Shown here piece by piece: positions 26,890 through 40,914 of a stretch of 64,000 nucleotides of DNA (the stretch's first letter is position 1; each line of letters opens with the position of its first letter). This DNA comes from Octopus sinensis (Eukaryota): assembly GCF_006345805.1 (NCBI RefSeq), contig NC_042997.1, forward strand, positions 157,108,001 through 157,172,000, given 5' to 3'. Below the pieces are notes generated by a model. That model was not told the DNA's origin and did not search any database. It saw only the letters and a list, made by a program, of their open reading frames with translations. A program made the position numbers and the translations under genes.

Positions 26890-28450
26890 GCCCTTTTCAT
26901 CTATGCAGACGGTCAATTTAGCTTAGCGGTCACTTAATCGAACATATCAAGGGTTCCTTTTCTTGCAGCTTCTTTCGGCTCTTGGTGTTTCCTTTGTAAC
27001 CATCTTTACCTTGGCTATAACCAACAGATGACCTGTGTTATAGTCTGCACTGTGGAAGGATCTTGTTTGTTTCATAGTGGTGACAACAGTCTTTCTGACG
27101 ATGACGAAGTCAATCTGGTGCCAATGACCTGATCTTGGATGGCACCAACAAACTTTATGCCTGTCTTTGCCATTGTAGGTGCTTGCAATGCACAGTTTGT
27201 TATTTGTGCAGAATTCTAAGAGTCTCTAGTCAGTCTCATTGATTTTCCCCTGTCCAAACTGTCCAAGGCAGTTGGACCATGCTTGGTGAGCAGCGCTTAC
27301 TCTTGCATTGAAATCCCCATTGGTCTGCCCTTGGGACACTGCTGATCACATTCTGAAGTTCCTCGTAGAACTGATCTTTCTTCTCATTTTCTGCTGTTAG
27401 AATCGTGGCATAGGCACTAATGAGATGGGCCGTTCCAGTTTTAATCCCCACTTCCATGATAGTGATGCGCTCAGATATGCCTCGAGGAGTACTGATCTTG
27501 TTCAGCAATCTGCTGTGTACTGCGAACCCCACACCATGGATTCTCCTCTCATTTTCCCCAAGACCATTTCAGAAGAATGTGTGATTTCTTTCCCTAATGG
27601 AACCAGAGTTAGCAAATTTTGTCTCTTGCAGGGCAGTGATGTCTACATTCAGCCGTGTGGGCTCCCTGTCAATGATTGCCATTTTCCTGATGTCCTCTGT
27701 TTTGTCCAGGTCGGAAATGTCCATTCCGGTTGTCATTGTTCTGACATTCCAGGTTCCCAGTTTCAATGGGGTCGATTTCAATTCTTCCTCTTTTGCCAGG
27801 TGCTGGGCTTTACGTCTGCTTTTCGGTTTTTGTCCTAGCTCCATACACCTTAGCAGCGGACATACGTGGTGGATCAGCACCTTACTGACTGGGGACTGCC
27901 CACCTTAAGACGGGCGGTAGCTGATCAGTGCGATTGAATAATCACTACCATCGTCGAAGATGACTCGTGGACCATCCCACTTAACCAAATAAGGATGCCT
28001 TATAACCCGTAATCTGCCACTCCCGTGTTGTTTCTCTTGCCTGTTACAGCAAGGATGAAGTGTCCTCTCCATATGCTCTGGCTTTTTTTGCGGCGTCCTC
28101 CCAGAAATTCTAATTCCTTGGCTAAGCTAAATGCCTGGGCTCTGGATGTATGGAGAACGTGCTTTACCCAATTTGCTCGATCCCCCTCTCGACTTCACTG
28201 ATTTAGTCCAAAGGAGAGACAATGTCAATACATTTGAAACCTGCAAAGTTGCCAGAAGATAGTTTGGATCATTCCTCCACATCAACTGCCTTAGGAGTCC
28301 TCTCTCCAGATTTTCTGTATGGGTTTACTCCCTTAGACTTTCCTACTCCTGTATAGGTCTACAAGGCAGCAGAAACAGCCGCAGGTTGTACCATCTACTG
28401 TCATTTTGGTAGCAGCACTATGGACCTGACACACATGACGCGCACCCCCC
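26890..28450 (-). mobile_element. RTE-clade LINE 5' portion: 5' UTR plus decayed APE endonuclease
   Basis: LKLGTWNVRTM...VDITALQETK; GFAV...SERI...LISAYA...EKKDQFYEELQ; GDFNARV; HWHQIDFVIV...SADYNTGHLLV, with frameshifts and no RT domain. Confidence 0.85.
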
Positions 28451-28588
28451 ACAATGATATATATATAAAATAAAAAATAAAGTGTAAAATGATATATATA
28501 GATAAAAGATATGCCATTGAGAAATAGAAGATAATATATATACATAAAAGTAAAAATATATAAGTAGGAATATAATTTAAAATATGAC

Positions 28589-28625
<37 letters not shown>

Positions 28626-29034
28626 ATATATATATATTACAGACATTTTTTTACAAACATTTTGTTGGATGGCCGTTGACTGTTCATGGAGTTCCACCGC
28701 CCTTTGACGGGCCTTATTTATTTTTCCCGCAGGGTATCCAACACACCCTCCTCACCAAGCAAGCCTGGTGGGGTTGCCAGTTTAGTCGCCAACGACCCGA
28801 CCATGCATTAGGTTGTACTGGGTTACATGTTACCAGTAGCACTCTAGAGCGACGTGACATAATATATATATATGTGTATGTGTGTGTATGTGTGTGTGTA
28901 TATAAATGCACACACGCACATATTTATATATACAAACACACATACATATATATATATATACATGCATATATAAATACATATACATATATATGTGTGTGCG
29001 TGTGTGTATGTATACACATATTTACATATGTATA

Positions 29035-29072
<38 letters not shown>

Positions 29073-29331
29073 GAGCTATGCTAACCAATCTATCTTTTCT
29101 TTTCCCAGACAGAAGGGTGCAATATTCCAGCGGATACTTTTAGCAGGCCAAACGATCGCGTAGAGATTTCACCGTTGGCTACAGTTGGATCTCTCAGACT
29201 GTCAACACCCACTCTGGTGCTAAACGTACTTTACAGCTAACAGGAGAAAGGCCAGCATTTAATAATCCAACCTGCCTCATCGCGGCATCAATTTTTTTTT
29301 TCATACAGCTCATATGTTATTCATTAATTTA

Positions 29332-29631
<300 letters not shown>

Positions 29632-29679
29632 TTACATTGTAGTAGAGTCATGACAGCCTTTTAAAATTCACAAATACCT

Positions 29680-29892
29680 ATTTCTTTACTACCAACGAGG
29701 AACTAAACAAAGAGAGGACAAACAAAGACGGACAAACGGATTAAGTCGATTATATCGACCCCACTGCGTAACTGGTACTTATTTAATCGACTCCGAAAAG
29801 ATGAAAGGGAAAGTCGACCTCGGCGGAATTTGAACTCAGAACGTAGCGGCACACAAAATAACACAAAGCATTTCTGCCAGCTCGTCGCCTTA
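29680..29892 (-). mobile_element. SINE family B copy, ~140 bp upstream of the homeobox exon acceptor
   Basis: Reverse-complement of 2034-2265. Confidence 0.8.
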
Positions 29893-30669
29893 AAATGCAC
29901 AAATACCATTATATTCAATTTGGTTTTATTGCTAAATATACACTATAAGCTGTCTTAGTCTGAGCCCATAATCGTTTTTTCCAATCACATCTACGATGCG
30001 TTACGAGATTACTAAATCAATTCCTGTGCTTGAGTAGTATTTTATTTCATTGACCCAGAAGTTGAAATTTAAACTCAGAAAGTATATGGAGGTAGCTAAA
30101 TATCGCAGACATTTTGTCCGTTACTCAACAACGGTTTTGCCAAACCATCGAGTCAAGTGGAACTGTGTCAATAATCAAATCGTTGTTGTAAGACGGAGAT
30201 GGAAACTTGTTGACACTTTATAAGTATACAATATTAAAAGATATAACGGTATATGGATGTAATAAATACTATCATATACCATGACTAGTTCACCATATAA
30301 AGTAATTCGAGTTTAAACAAAAACCATAAAATTTGTGCCATAAAATCGCAGATTAGAAATTAGATATTGTGTCAGTGTAAAGGAATAAAATTAACGGAAA
30401 GAAGCACTTTCACGGAAGAGAAGATATTATCATTATAATATGATTGTAGAGCAAACGTGTTATTTTGATATGATTGTAGAGCAAACGTGTTTTGCTCAAG
30501 AACATAACGCAACGTTTGGTCCGGGAATCTTGCATGTAACACCCAAACCAATTGGCCACACGTCTTCAGATATTATCAAATAAGCGTTATTGGTACGCAA
30601 CAACGTTATAATATTGTTTCTAATGTTCATACATGATTAGCGATTTGGTGGGAGGGATTAGTCTATTAC

Positions 30670-30795
<126 letters not shown>

Positions 30796-31993
30796 TGATC
30801 TGTCTGTCTATCATGCAGGTAAATGAATATATATGTAGTTCATATATAGTTAATGTATAATTATTCACTTATATGCATGTATATAAGTCTTTGGGCTTTT
30901 TGGTATTGCTTGTGAGAGTCAATATGGTGTTGTGAACTCGGCTTAAAACACCTGCACGGGCATTGCTGACACATCCGTCAGTGAGCGATGGTCATGCTCA
31001 TTTAAAGAAGATATAGCATAATACCATTATATATATTATATATATATAAGCTCATATTCCATTATGCCGGTTACGGTCTAACGGTGTTGACTGATGAACT
31101 AGTTTCTGGGGGTTGCACCGTGCTGTATCGATATAATGTAGGATAAGTATAGTAATAACAATAATCCTTGGATGGAATTTATAAATAATCTAATGCATAG
31201 CTATGCGCGTTTCTACAAATCACATGTCTCTTAAGATCACAGCCCGTATTCCTGGGATGATTACAGTGTAGTTTGTAGTATCCGGGGGCATCTGGTAGAT
31301 CATCTTCATGGGTTCATTTCTTCAGGCGATATAACATTAACGGATGTTTAACTGAGGACTGTTTATCTCTTTTGACCAGTGAGAAGGTTTATTGAGGCAT
31401 GTGGGTATTTCTATGTGTATTTGGTGGGGAAGAGGGGAATGTACCACTCTGTGAAGGTAAATTTTTTGCAAACCTTAGTGAATTTTGAAAATTTCTTTTT
31501 TTCATGCTCATTTTCTATTCTCTGTGGAAATCATTTCATTAACGTAGCAATTGCCACCGAGGGTAAAGCGAGAGCTTCTTTCCCTATTAATCTCAAATAT
31601 CATGCTAACGAAATAAATACTCTATTAGTAAGAGAGAATCAGTTACATATTACTTCTTGTTTCCAGTCTTCTTTTTATTGTAAATCTCACTGACATAAGT
31701 GCCGAACACTTAGATATCAAATATATATGAACGAAGATTCAAGGACAGACGACATATTTGATTATCTCTGAAATAATCACAAATTCATAACTGAGAAGAT
31801 GGAATAAAATTTGATACATTTATAATTAAATCATGATTAACCGCTTCACTATAGGAATCTGTTATTTCAGCTAGATACATGCATATCTTATAATGATAGA
31901 GTAAACGAGTATTATTTCAAAACTTAAAGGAATGAAATGAACACGCCGCATTTGCCGCACATTAGTAGCAAAGTATATTTTTTAATAAACATA

Positions 31994-32388
31994 GGCGCAG
32001 GGTGGATGTGTGGTAAGTAGCTTCCTTACCAACCACATGGTTCCAAGTTCATTCTCACTGCGTGGCACATTGGGCAAGTATCTTCTACTATAGCCCCGGG
32101 CCGACCAAAGCCTTGTGAATGGATTTGGTAGACGGAAACTGAAAGAAGCCCGTCGTATATATGTGTATATATGTGTGTGTGTGTATATATGTTTGTGTGT
32201 CTGTGTTTGTCCTCTCAACATCGCTTGACAACCGATGGTGGTGTGTTTAGGTTCCCGTATGTTAGCGGTTCGGCAAAACAGTCCGATAGAATAAATACTA
32301 GGCTTCCAAGGAATAAGTCGAATTTGCTCGACTAAAGGCGGTGCTCCAGCATGGTCGCAGTCAAATGACTGAAACAAGTAAAAGAGTT
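31994..32388 (+). mobile_element. SINE family A copy
   Basis: ggcgcagggtggatgtgtggtaag...caaatgactgaaacaagtaaaagag. Confidence 0.8.
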
Positions 32389-32519
32389 CTCTCCATGCTG
32401 CAATGACCCCATGTGTTGTGTGTGTGTGTGTGTGCATGTGTGTGTGTGTGTATGTGTATACGTGTATGTGTGTGTTTGCGTATATATTTATTTATTTATA
32501 TATATATTTTTATTTGTTT

Positions 32520-32800
32520 GTTATTTGACTGCGGCCATGCTGGAGCACCCCCTTCAGGGGTTTGAGTCAAACAAATCGACCCCAACACTTATTATTTGTG
32601 AACCTAGTACTTCTTCTATCGGTCACTTTTGCCTAATCGCTAAGTTACACGGACATAAACACATAACATCGGTTTTCAAGGTATGGTAGCGGAGACAAAC
32701 ACAGACAAAAACACACAAATATATACATACATATATATATATCGACGGGATTCTTTCAGTTTCCGTCTACCAAATCTATTCACAAGGCTTTGGTTGGCCG
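32520..32800 (-). mobile_element. SINE family A partial copy, inverted relative to 31994-32388
   Basis: atttgactgcggccatgctggagcac...ttccgtctaccaaatctattcacaaggctttgg. Confidence 0.7.
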
Positions 32801-33017
32801 CGGAACTATGTTGGAAAGCAGACCTTATTAAGCGTATGAGATACGCTGATCGCCACGCTTCTTCAGTTGTCGTAAATCCGGTATCCGTAGTACCATGAAT
32901 TACAAACACGAAAAACTATCTCGAACTATATTGAGGTCTACCTCTCTTGTCAATCGCAGTTTCTCTCTCCTTCTCTCTCTCTCTCACTCTCCTCCTCTTC
33001 CTTATACATGCATACAT

Positions 33018-33050
<33 letters not shown>

Positions 33051-33055
33051 TACAT

Positions 33056-33107
<52 letters not shown>

Positions 33108-33326
33108 ATATATATGAATATATATATATACTTACATACACATAGATGCACACACACACACATATATATATACAAATATAAATATACATTCACACGCACA
33201 CACAGCATACACACACACATATATATATAGAGAGAGATAGGAAGATAGATAGATAAAACTTGAAGAGGATGCGTGGCGTTCAATCATATGATAATATAAA
33301 TAATATATATATTATTATTATATATA

Positions 33327-33400
<74 letters not shown>

Positions 33401-33437
33401 TATATACATACGTATATGTACATACTTACATCTATAC

Positions 33438-33507
<70 letters not shown>

Positions 33508-35029
33508 TATATTATATATATATATAATATATATATATATATGTATGTATATATATGTAGGCACAGGACGTCATGAAACGTGTACAACAACAAAATACGA
33601 AGTATGAGTACATGGAATATGAGCTATTTTTTTCGAACAACAAAAGACGCAAACGTAAGACAAGACAAACACAACAAAAAGAACGACCCTTCATGAGCTG
33701 TTGGCTGTTTTTCATCTCTCATATTTCGAGCATTTAACAATAATATACGACACTTTCGTTAAAACAGTTGCTCCCGCAAAGTAAATTAAATAAAATTTGG
33801 GATTTTGCAGAGGGTCAAAATTGGTAGCACAAACAGAACATAAAAAACAAACAGGAAAGGCTGCTAAGCCTAAACGAGGTTGTGGTGGCGAACGCGTAAA
33901 TCATGCTTGGACAGGATCTTCGAAGATCCGTTGCCTCAATTTGAATGCCCTATGTTGGTTAATCTGTAGTTTTCTTCATTTTCTGATTATTTCTGTGGTT
34001 CCTGATAAACACTTATCAAGTTGTTATCTGCACTCTACGTGTATAGTGTGTCTGTACACCATTGCTCGGGGATAATACAGGTAACGAATACCGATAGTAT
34101 GTACAGATATTTTATCCCTTAGTTGGTTACTATAACAGCTAACTCTGTTTGGCTAATCGCTGCTGTATTTCACCTTCGGAGAACAACATTCTCTTCAGTA
34201 AAAGTGTGTGAACAATACATGCGATTCTGTGACATCGGACAACTTTGAGACACCAGTGTTTTGATCTAACTACGTCCTATCAGTCAAAGTTACTTTCGGT
34301 TCAACGATCTAAACAAAAGTGTTGTTCTTGTTTATAGAATTCTACAAGCTAAGTATTTACTCATGCGTGCTGCCGGCTGACAAGTCAATAATAAATTATC
34401 ATGAACACGTAAAACAGCTAAGAACATTAAAATATATTCTTCAGATGTTCTGGAACATTATCTTTTATTTTTTACTTGTTTCCCTTACTAGACTGCAGCC
34501 ATGTTGGTGCACCACCTTGAAGAATTTTCAGTCGAATGAATCAGTCCCAGTAATTATTTTTTTAAATTTTAAGCGTGTGTTCTTAAGTAAAATACTTTAT
34601 CTTACGTTGCTCTACAATCTCTTGACATGTGGTAGACCGTGCACGTGTTTGGACAACGTCAATTTAATGAGAGAGTGAGATAATGTGCGGCACGAATATA
34701 AACAAATCATTCGTGCAGTTCTTTCGGCACGCTGAACGCTCACACGACGTCTTCGAGGGGAGAGAGCACAATATATATATATATATATTATAATGAGGGG
34801 TGGGGAAGCCGGTTTATGGGATTGCCCTGGGTTTAGCCTTACGGCGTATCTTCAGGCCCCAAACACTTCTGGCCTAAGACCTCTTCATAATCTGTGCTTC
34901 TCCTCCAGATTTAGGTACTCCTACAAACGATATATATATATAAAGGAGAATTCACAAAAAAAAAGACGAAGAGAGGTGGTGTAGGAAACAAACAGATGTA
35001 TTAGTATAACGCTTGAGAATTGAAAAAGT

Positions 35030-35065
35030 CTTTAACGTTTCGAGCCTACGCGCTTCCACAGAAAG
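35030..35065 (-). ncRNA. Degenerate minimal hammerhead motif in a related ~190 bp element (34942-35130)
   Basis: Minus strand reads CTTT-CTGTGGA-A-GCGC GTAG GCTC-GAA-ACGT-T-AAAG. Stem I covaries (CTTT/AAAG vs GTTT/AAAC), but core A6 is mutated. Confidence 0.45.
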
Positions 35066-35138
35066 GAACACAGAAAACAACAAGGAGAGAAAAAATGTGT
35101 ATAGTGGCTAGCGATCTATCATGGTGAATGTATATATA

Positions 35139-35176
<38 letters not shown>

Positions 35177-35967
35177 GCATATATACGTAAGTGTGTGTTT
35201 GTGTGTGATATTCAACCATGCATAATGCGATGAATTTGATACAGACACCAGGTTAAAAACTGTGGGTTATTATTATATCCTGTAATGCTACAGTAAAAAA
35301 GAAAAAAGGAAATAAAAGAAACTGAAACGAAGACACCGAAGGTTGTAATTCTGTGACATCTAGCGATGAACCTAAACATCTCATTGCCTGTGGCTATGAA
35401 ACACTGTATGTATATCGAATGCGTCCGATAGTAAGTAATAACACTATTAGCACGTTGCTATTTTGTGGTTTTACACCGCATTGCTTAAAGAGTGATTACT
35501 TAGTGTAAAAAAAATTGTAGATTAAGACTCGAAAATTAGATTACTAACGTATGCAAGTAATGAGGGAAGTCTTCACTATTAATACTGTAATAGTAGGGAT
35601 GCGAAATAGATTAGATAAGGCTGGTTTCTTGAAAATTATAAATAACTATTGCAGTAGTCGGGTGTCTCATTATGTATGAAGAAATCATGGATTACTGCGT
35701 GGAAGATGTGTAGAAGTCATTTGAAGGCACACAAAAGACTTTTACTTTTTACCTTTTATTTGAAGGGGAATTTTAATCCAACAAATCGGTCCCAGTACTT
35801 AATTGATTTTTTTAAAGCCTGTTATTTACCGAAACGCTAGGTTATGATGTACATAAACACACCAAAACCGGTTGTCAAGCGATGGAGGGGGACAAACACT
35901 GATACTAGGACACGGACACACATACCTACATGCACACACACACACAACACACACACACACAACACAC

Positions 35968-36009
<42 letters not shown>

Positions 36010-36164
36010 TACGCACTCACGCATGACGAGTTTCTTTGACTTTTCGTCTACAAAATCCATTCACAAGGCTTTGGTCGACCCCTTGCTATAGTATAAACAC
36101 TTGCCCGAAGTGCTACGCAATAATACTGAACCAGAAACCGGTTGGGGAGCAAACTTCTTATTTT

Positions 36165-36389
36165 TTTTACTGCCCATAAGGGGCTACAGACAGAGGGGAC
36201 AAACAAGGACAGACAAACGGATAAAGACGATTATATCGACCTCAGTGCGTAACTGGTACTTATTTAATCGACCCCAAAAGGATGAAAGGCAAAGTCGACC
36301 TCGGTGGAATTTGAACTCAGAACGCAGCGGCAGACGAAATACCGCTAGGCATTTCGCCCGGCGTGCTAACGATTCTGACAGCTCGCCCC
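36165..36389 (-). mobile_element. SINE family B copy
   Basis: Reverse-complement of 2034-2265. Confidence 0.8.
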
Positions 36390-36937
36390 TCTTTTTTTTT
36401 TGAGCAACGTGAAATGAAGTGTTTTGCTCAAGAACACAACGCATCATCCGGTCCAGGGATCGAAACCACAACCTTACGATCATGAGTTCAACACCCTAGC
36501 CACTAAGCCACGTGCCTCCGCTAGTGTGGAAAACTTCTTGCCACACAGCCATAGCTGTTAATTTCAAATAAGATATTTATTATCTGGTGTCAAAATTTTT
36601 GTCGTATCAACTGCAGTCTGATCACTGACGCAATTCTATTATTTGACACCGAAAAATAAATGGTTATGTGAAGTAAGCAGTCTTTGTGTGTTTTCGAATG
36701 GTTAATGTGTTTCTTCCACGCTATAAATGTTTTAGCACCAACAAACGGTCTCAGATCAAATCGCTTACTTGGTAAGTACGCCTTGAAACATACATTACTG
36801 ATTTTAAGCTATAACCTGTAAGGTCTCTATTCTATTCGAAATCATGCTATATGCCAGAGGATACGATGTGCGTGTGTATGTGTGCGTGCGCGCGCATGCG
36901 TTTGAGTATGCACATGTTTAGGAGGGATATAACATTA

Positions 36938-37100
36938 TGAGGGTGTCTTGAAAAGTTCCTGGCTTTAAGGAAAAGCTGTCATGAAAGCCTGGTTGGGGGG
37001 CCCAACCTTCCGAGTTCTTTTACAGGGCTTAGTAAAACTGAAGGACTGCTGCAAATAAGTGTGTGAATCTGAGAGGGGGAACTATTGAATAAAATCATAA
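36938..37100 (+). mobile_element. Truncated copy of the same mariner MITE family
   Basis: ttgaaaagttcctgg...aaaactgaaggactgctgcaaataagtgtgtgaatctgagaggggg...ttgaataaaatcataa matches the 13433-14244 element. Confidence 0.6.
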
Positions 37101-37189
37101 TAAAAAGCAAAGTCAACTGTGTAGGGATTGAGCTCAGAATTTAATCGACCTAAATTCCGCCATGCACAATAGCAATTCGGCCAGATTGT

Positions 37190-37630
37190 GATAATTACGG
37201 CGAAAATTATGTGATACATAATTACGAGAGTACATAATTACGTGTGGTACCTAATTATAAGGTGCCGAATCACGTGCAATTTTTAATGAAACGTACATAA
37301 TTACATGTTATACATAATTACGATGTATTAATTACATGTTATACATATTTACGACGTTCCTAATTACATGTTATACATATTCATGATGTTCCTAATTACG
37401 TGTGATACCTAGTATTATGTAACTATTTATGATATACGTAATTACGTGTGATACATAATTACGATGCACCTAATTAATTGTGATACTGAACTCTGACGTA
37501 CCTAATTAGTTGTGATACTTAATTACAAAGTACCTAATTAGTATTGATAATTCGATATAAATAATTAAGTGTGATACACAATTGGGAAAAATAAACAGGT
37601 ACATATGATCCTCAGTTACGATACCAATTA
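37190..37630. repeat. Degenerate 32-bp (17+15) minisatellite built on TAATTA
   Basis: Approximate consensus TAATTACGTGTGATACA-TAATTACGATGTACC. TAATTA starts at 37192, 37219, 37235, 37252, 37298, 37315, 37329, 37361, 37393, 37439, 37456, 37471, 37503, 37520, 37535 and 37562. Confidence 0.85.
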
Positions 37631-37834
37631 CAAGGGAGATAACTCTTACAGTATTATCATTTTTTTTTTCTTAGTGAATGATATTTTCAAATCAATCAAG
37701 ATTCAAATCAACATTAGGGTCCATTTAGAACTGATTTGAACTCTTTTCTTTTGCTCTTCCTTTAGCTTCATTTGAGTCAGAAACCGTACAGAATAGAAAT
37801 ATTCAGAAGATATTTTTTTTTATAGCAGCTTTAT

Positions 37835-38074
37835 TCAAAATGAATGCATACATAAAAGGATCTGCCTGATATGAAGATACCTTATATGCTGCTGGTGCAT
37901 TCGTGTGCGTTCAGTTAATGAGTTTCTAGTTCGGCCGATATATTTATTCTCACAAGTCGGACACTCAATACAATATATTAGACTTATGAAATTGCATTTC
38001 AAACTAACATTCGTAAATACGTGTCCTGGTTTTTGTGCGGATAACACGTCCAGCATAATTGACATGTATTGCAA
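37835..38074 (-). pseudogene. Penelope-like element GIY-YIG endonuclease fragment
   Basis: LKCNFISLIYCIECPTCENKYIGRTRNSLTERTRMHQQHIR contains LIY-CxxC-YIG-T...R...H, the PLE GIY-YIG pattern. Confidence 0.8.
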
Positions 38075-38329
38075 CGCTTATCAATGCACTTAAATGCCGT
38101 ATGGATTTATCGCTGTTGTTTAGAGCAAACATTGCCATTATTAACAATTGTTTCAAAACCTTCGGTTATAATTTATTTTAAATAAGATTTGATTGGTAGT
38201 TAACTGTTGGGCTTTTAAAAATTTATTATATTGTCTAATAATACAAATTTGATTTGGCAGCATTAAAAGTATTCTGGTTGTGTGGATTATGGGTCATTAT
38301 AAAAGACACTATATATATAAATATATACT

Positions 38330-38543
38330 CTCTCTTTACTCTTTACTCTTTTACTTGTTTCAGTCATTTGACTGCGGCCATGCTGGAGCACCGCCTTTAG
38401 TCGAGCAAATCGATCCCGGAACTTATTCTTTGTAAGCCCAGTACTTATTCTATCGGTCTCTTTTGCTGAACCGCTAAGTTACGGGGACATAAACACACCA
38501 GCATCGGTCGTCAAGCAATGCTAGGGGGACAAACACAGACACA

Positions 38544-38611
<68 letters not shown>

Positions 38612-38752
38612 CATATATACGACAGGCTTCTTTCAGATTCCGTCTACCAAATCACCCAGGGCTATAGCAGAAGACACTGCCCAAGATGCCACGCAGTGGA
38701 CTGAACCCGGAACCATTGTGGTTGATTAGCAAGCTACTTACCACACAGCCAC
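38330..38752 (-). mobile_element. SINE family A copy
   Basis: ctcttttacttgtttcagtcatttgactgcggcc...ctacttaccacacagccac. Confidence 0.8.
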
Positions 38753-39079
38753 ATATATACAACACACAATTATATACATATGTACATAATACATTTACAC
38801 ATAAGCATACATACATATACATATACACATACCACACACCACATATACACATACGCACACACACACGCATTTTATACACAGGCGTGCGTGCACACAAACA
38901 TATACATGCATATAAGGATAAGAAAGATTGTGAATGTATAGGTTGATATATATGCCAGTATATATGATACGACAGGTGTGTAGAAGACGCCTCCAAGTTT
39001 TCGAGTAAAATGCGCAACTTGAACTCTATGCTTGTGAGACGCAACAACCTTCCAGATCATTCTAATTTTGTAAGTTATA

Positions 39080-39130
<51 letters not shown>

Positions 39131-39529
39131 ATCTTATAACTGCCTATCTACTCTCTATCTCTCACGCTGTCTTTTACTCTTTCTGCCTCTTTCTATCACG
39201 CATGCTGTTCCCCATCTCGTTCTTGATATGACATGTAATGCAAATCAGTCACATGGGACGAGAGAATGATGTTATATGTTCATCACCTCTGTCTATGTAC
39301 CCCTCTATATGTCTTTTTTCTCTCTCTCTGTCTTTTACGCTTTTCTCATGGCAAGCTTTTCCCCTGTCTATATATATTTACTACGCTCTCTCTCACTCTT
39401 TCTCTGCATTTGTATATCTCTCACGCCTAGTCTGTGTATGTTTAATGTATGTGTTTGTGGCATGCACGTGTATAAGGAATTTCATTTGGATGACATAGCC
39501 GAAAGACCCATCCCCCATAAAGTATCAAG

Positions 39530-39720
39530 GGTGTACCATTTCAATTCAAACGACTTCAATTTTCAGTGTCATAGTTTAGCTATTATCATTAACAAATCGC
39601 AAGGGCAACATTTTGATTGCCGGTTTACACATTGAAGTGCCTTGCTTCACTCATGGTCATCTTTACGTTGAATGTTCAAGAATAAGAAGTAAGAAAAATC
39701 TTTACATCTATGCACTAAGT
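39530..39720 (+). pseudogene. Helitron helicase fragment, duplicate copy with extra frameshifts
   Basis: Near-identical to 40915-41110, within the tandem duplication. Confidence 0.8.
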
Positions 39721-39924
39721 GGGGGCGGGCGGGGGGAACAGTTTATGGCGACATTATAAATTGCCTCAAACAAGTAAAACTCATCCTGCTCAAGAGGCCT
39801 ATCTGCTGGGAAGACGCAGTCTGATATGGAATATAATCGAAATAAGGCAATCTAATATGAAATTAACAGACAACGATAAACTACGTAGCTGGTATGTATG
39901 TATAATATATTATATATATACACA

Positions 39925-39971
<47 letters not shown>

Positions 39972-40465
39972 ACACATATATATATATATATACATATATA
40001 CGACAGGCTTCTTTCAGATTCCGTCTACCAAATCACCCAGGGCTATAGCAGAAGACACTTGCCCAAGATGCCACGCAGTGGGACTGAACCCGGAACCATG
40101 TGGTTGATTAGCAAGCTACTTACCACACAGCCACATATATACAAACACACAATTATATACATATGTACATAATACATTTACACATAAGCATACATACATA
40201 TACATATACACATACGCACACACACACATATACACATACGCACACACACACGCATTTTATACACAGGCGTGCGTGCACACAAACATATACATGCATATAA
40301 GGATAAGAAAGATTGTGAATGTATAGGTTTGATATATATGCCAGTATATATGATACGACAGGGTGTAGAAGACGCCTCCAAGTTTTCGAGTAAAATGCGC
40401 AACTTGAACTCTATGCGTTGTGAGACGCAACAACCTTCCAGATAATTCTAATTTTGTAAGTTATA

Positions 40466-40516
<51 letters not shown>

Positions 40517-40914
40517 ATCTTATAACTGCCTATCTACTCTCTATCTCTCACGCTGTCTTTTACTCTTTCTGCCTCTTTCTATCACGCATGCTGTTCCCCA
40601 TCTCGTTCTTGATATGACATGTAATGCAAATCAGTCACATGGGACGAGAGAATGATGTTATATGTTCATCACCTCTGTCTATGTACCCCTCTATATGTCT
40701 TTTTTCTCTCTCTCTGTCTTTTACGCTTTTCTCATGGCAAGCTTTTCCCCTGTCTATATATATTTACTACGCTCTCTCTCACTCTTTCTCTGCATTTGTA
40801 TATCTCTCACGCCTAGTCTGTGTATGTTTGAATGTATGTGTTTGTGCATGCACGTGTATAAGGAATTTCATTTGGATGACATAGCCGAAAGACCCCATCC
40901 CCCATAAAGTATCA

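Noticed and set aside
33560-33720. Hammerhead-like pieces (CTCATGAAGGG on minus, GAAACGTGTA on plus)
   Set aside because: The core boxes are on opposite strands or lack pairing stems, so no coherent fold can be built.
37190-37630. CRISPR-like repeat-spacer array
   Set aside because: Eukaryotic context, only a 6-bp invariant core, spacers homologous to each other and no cas genes. It is a minisatellite.
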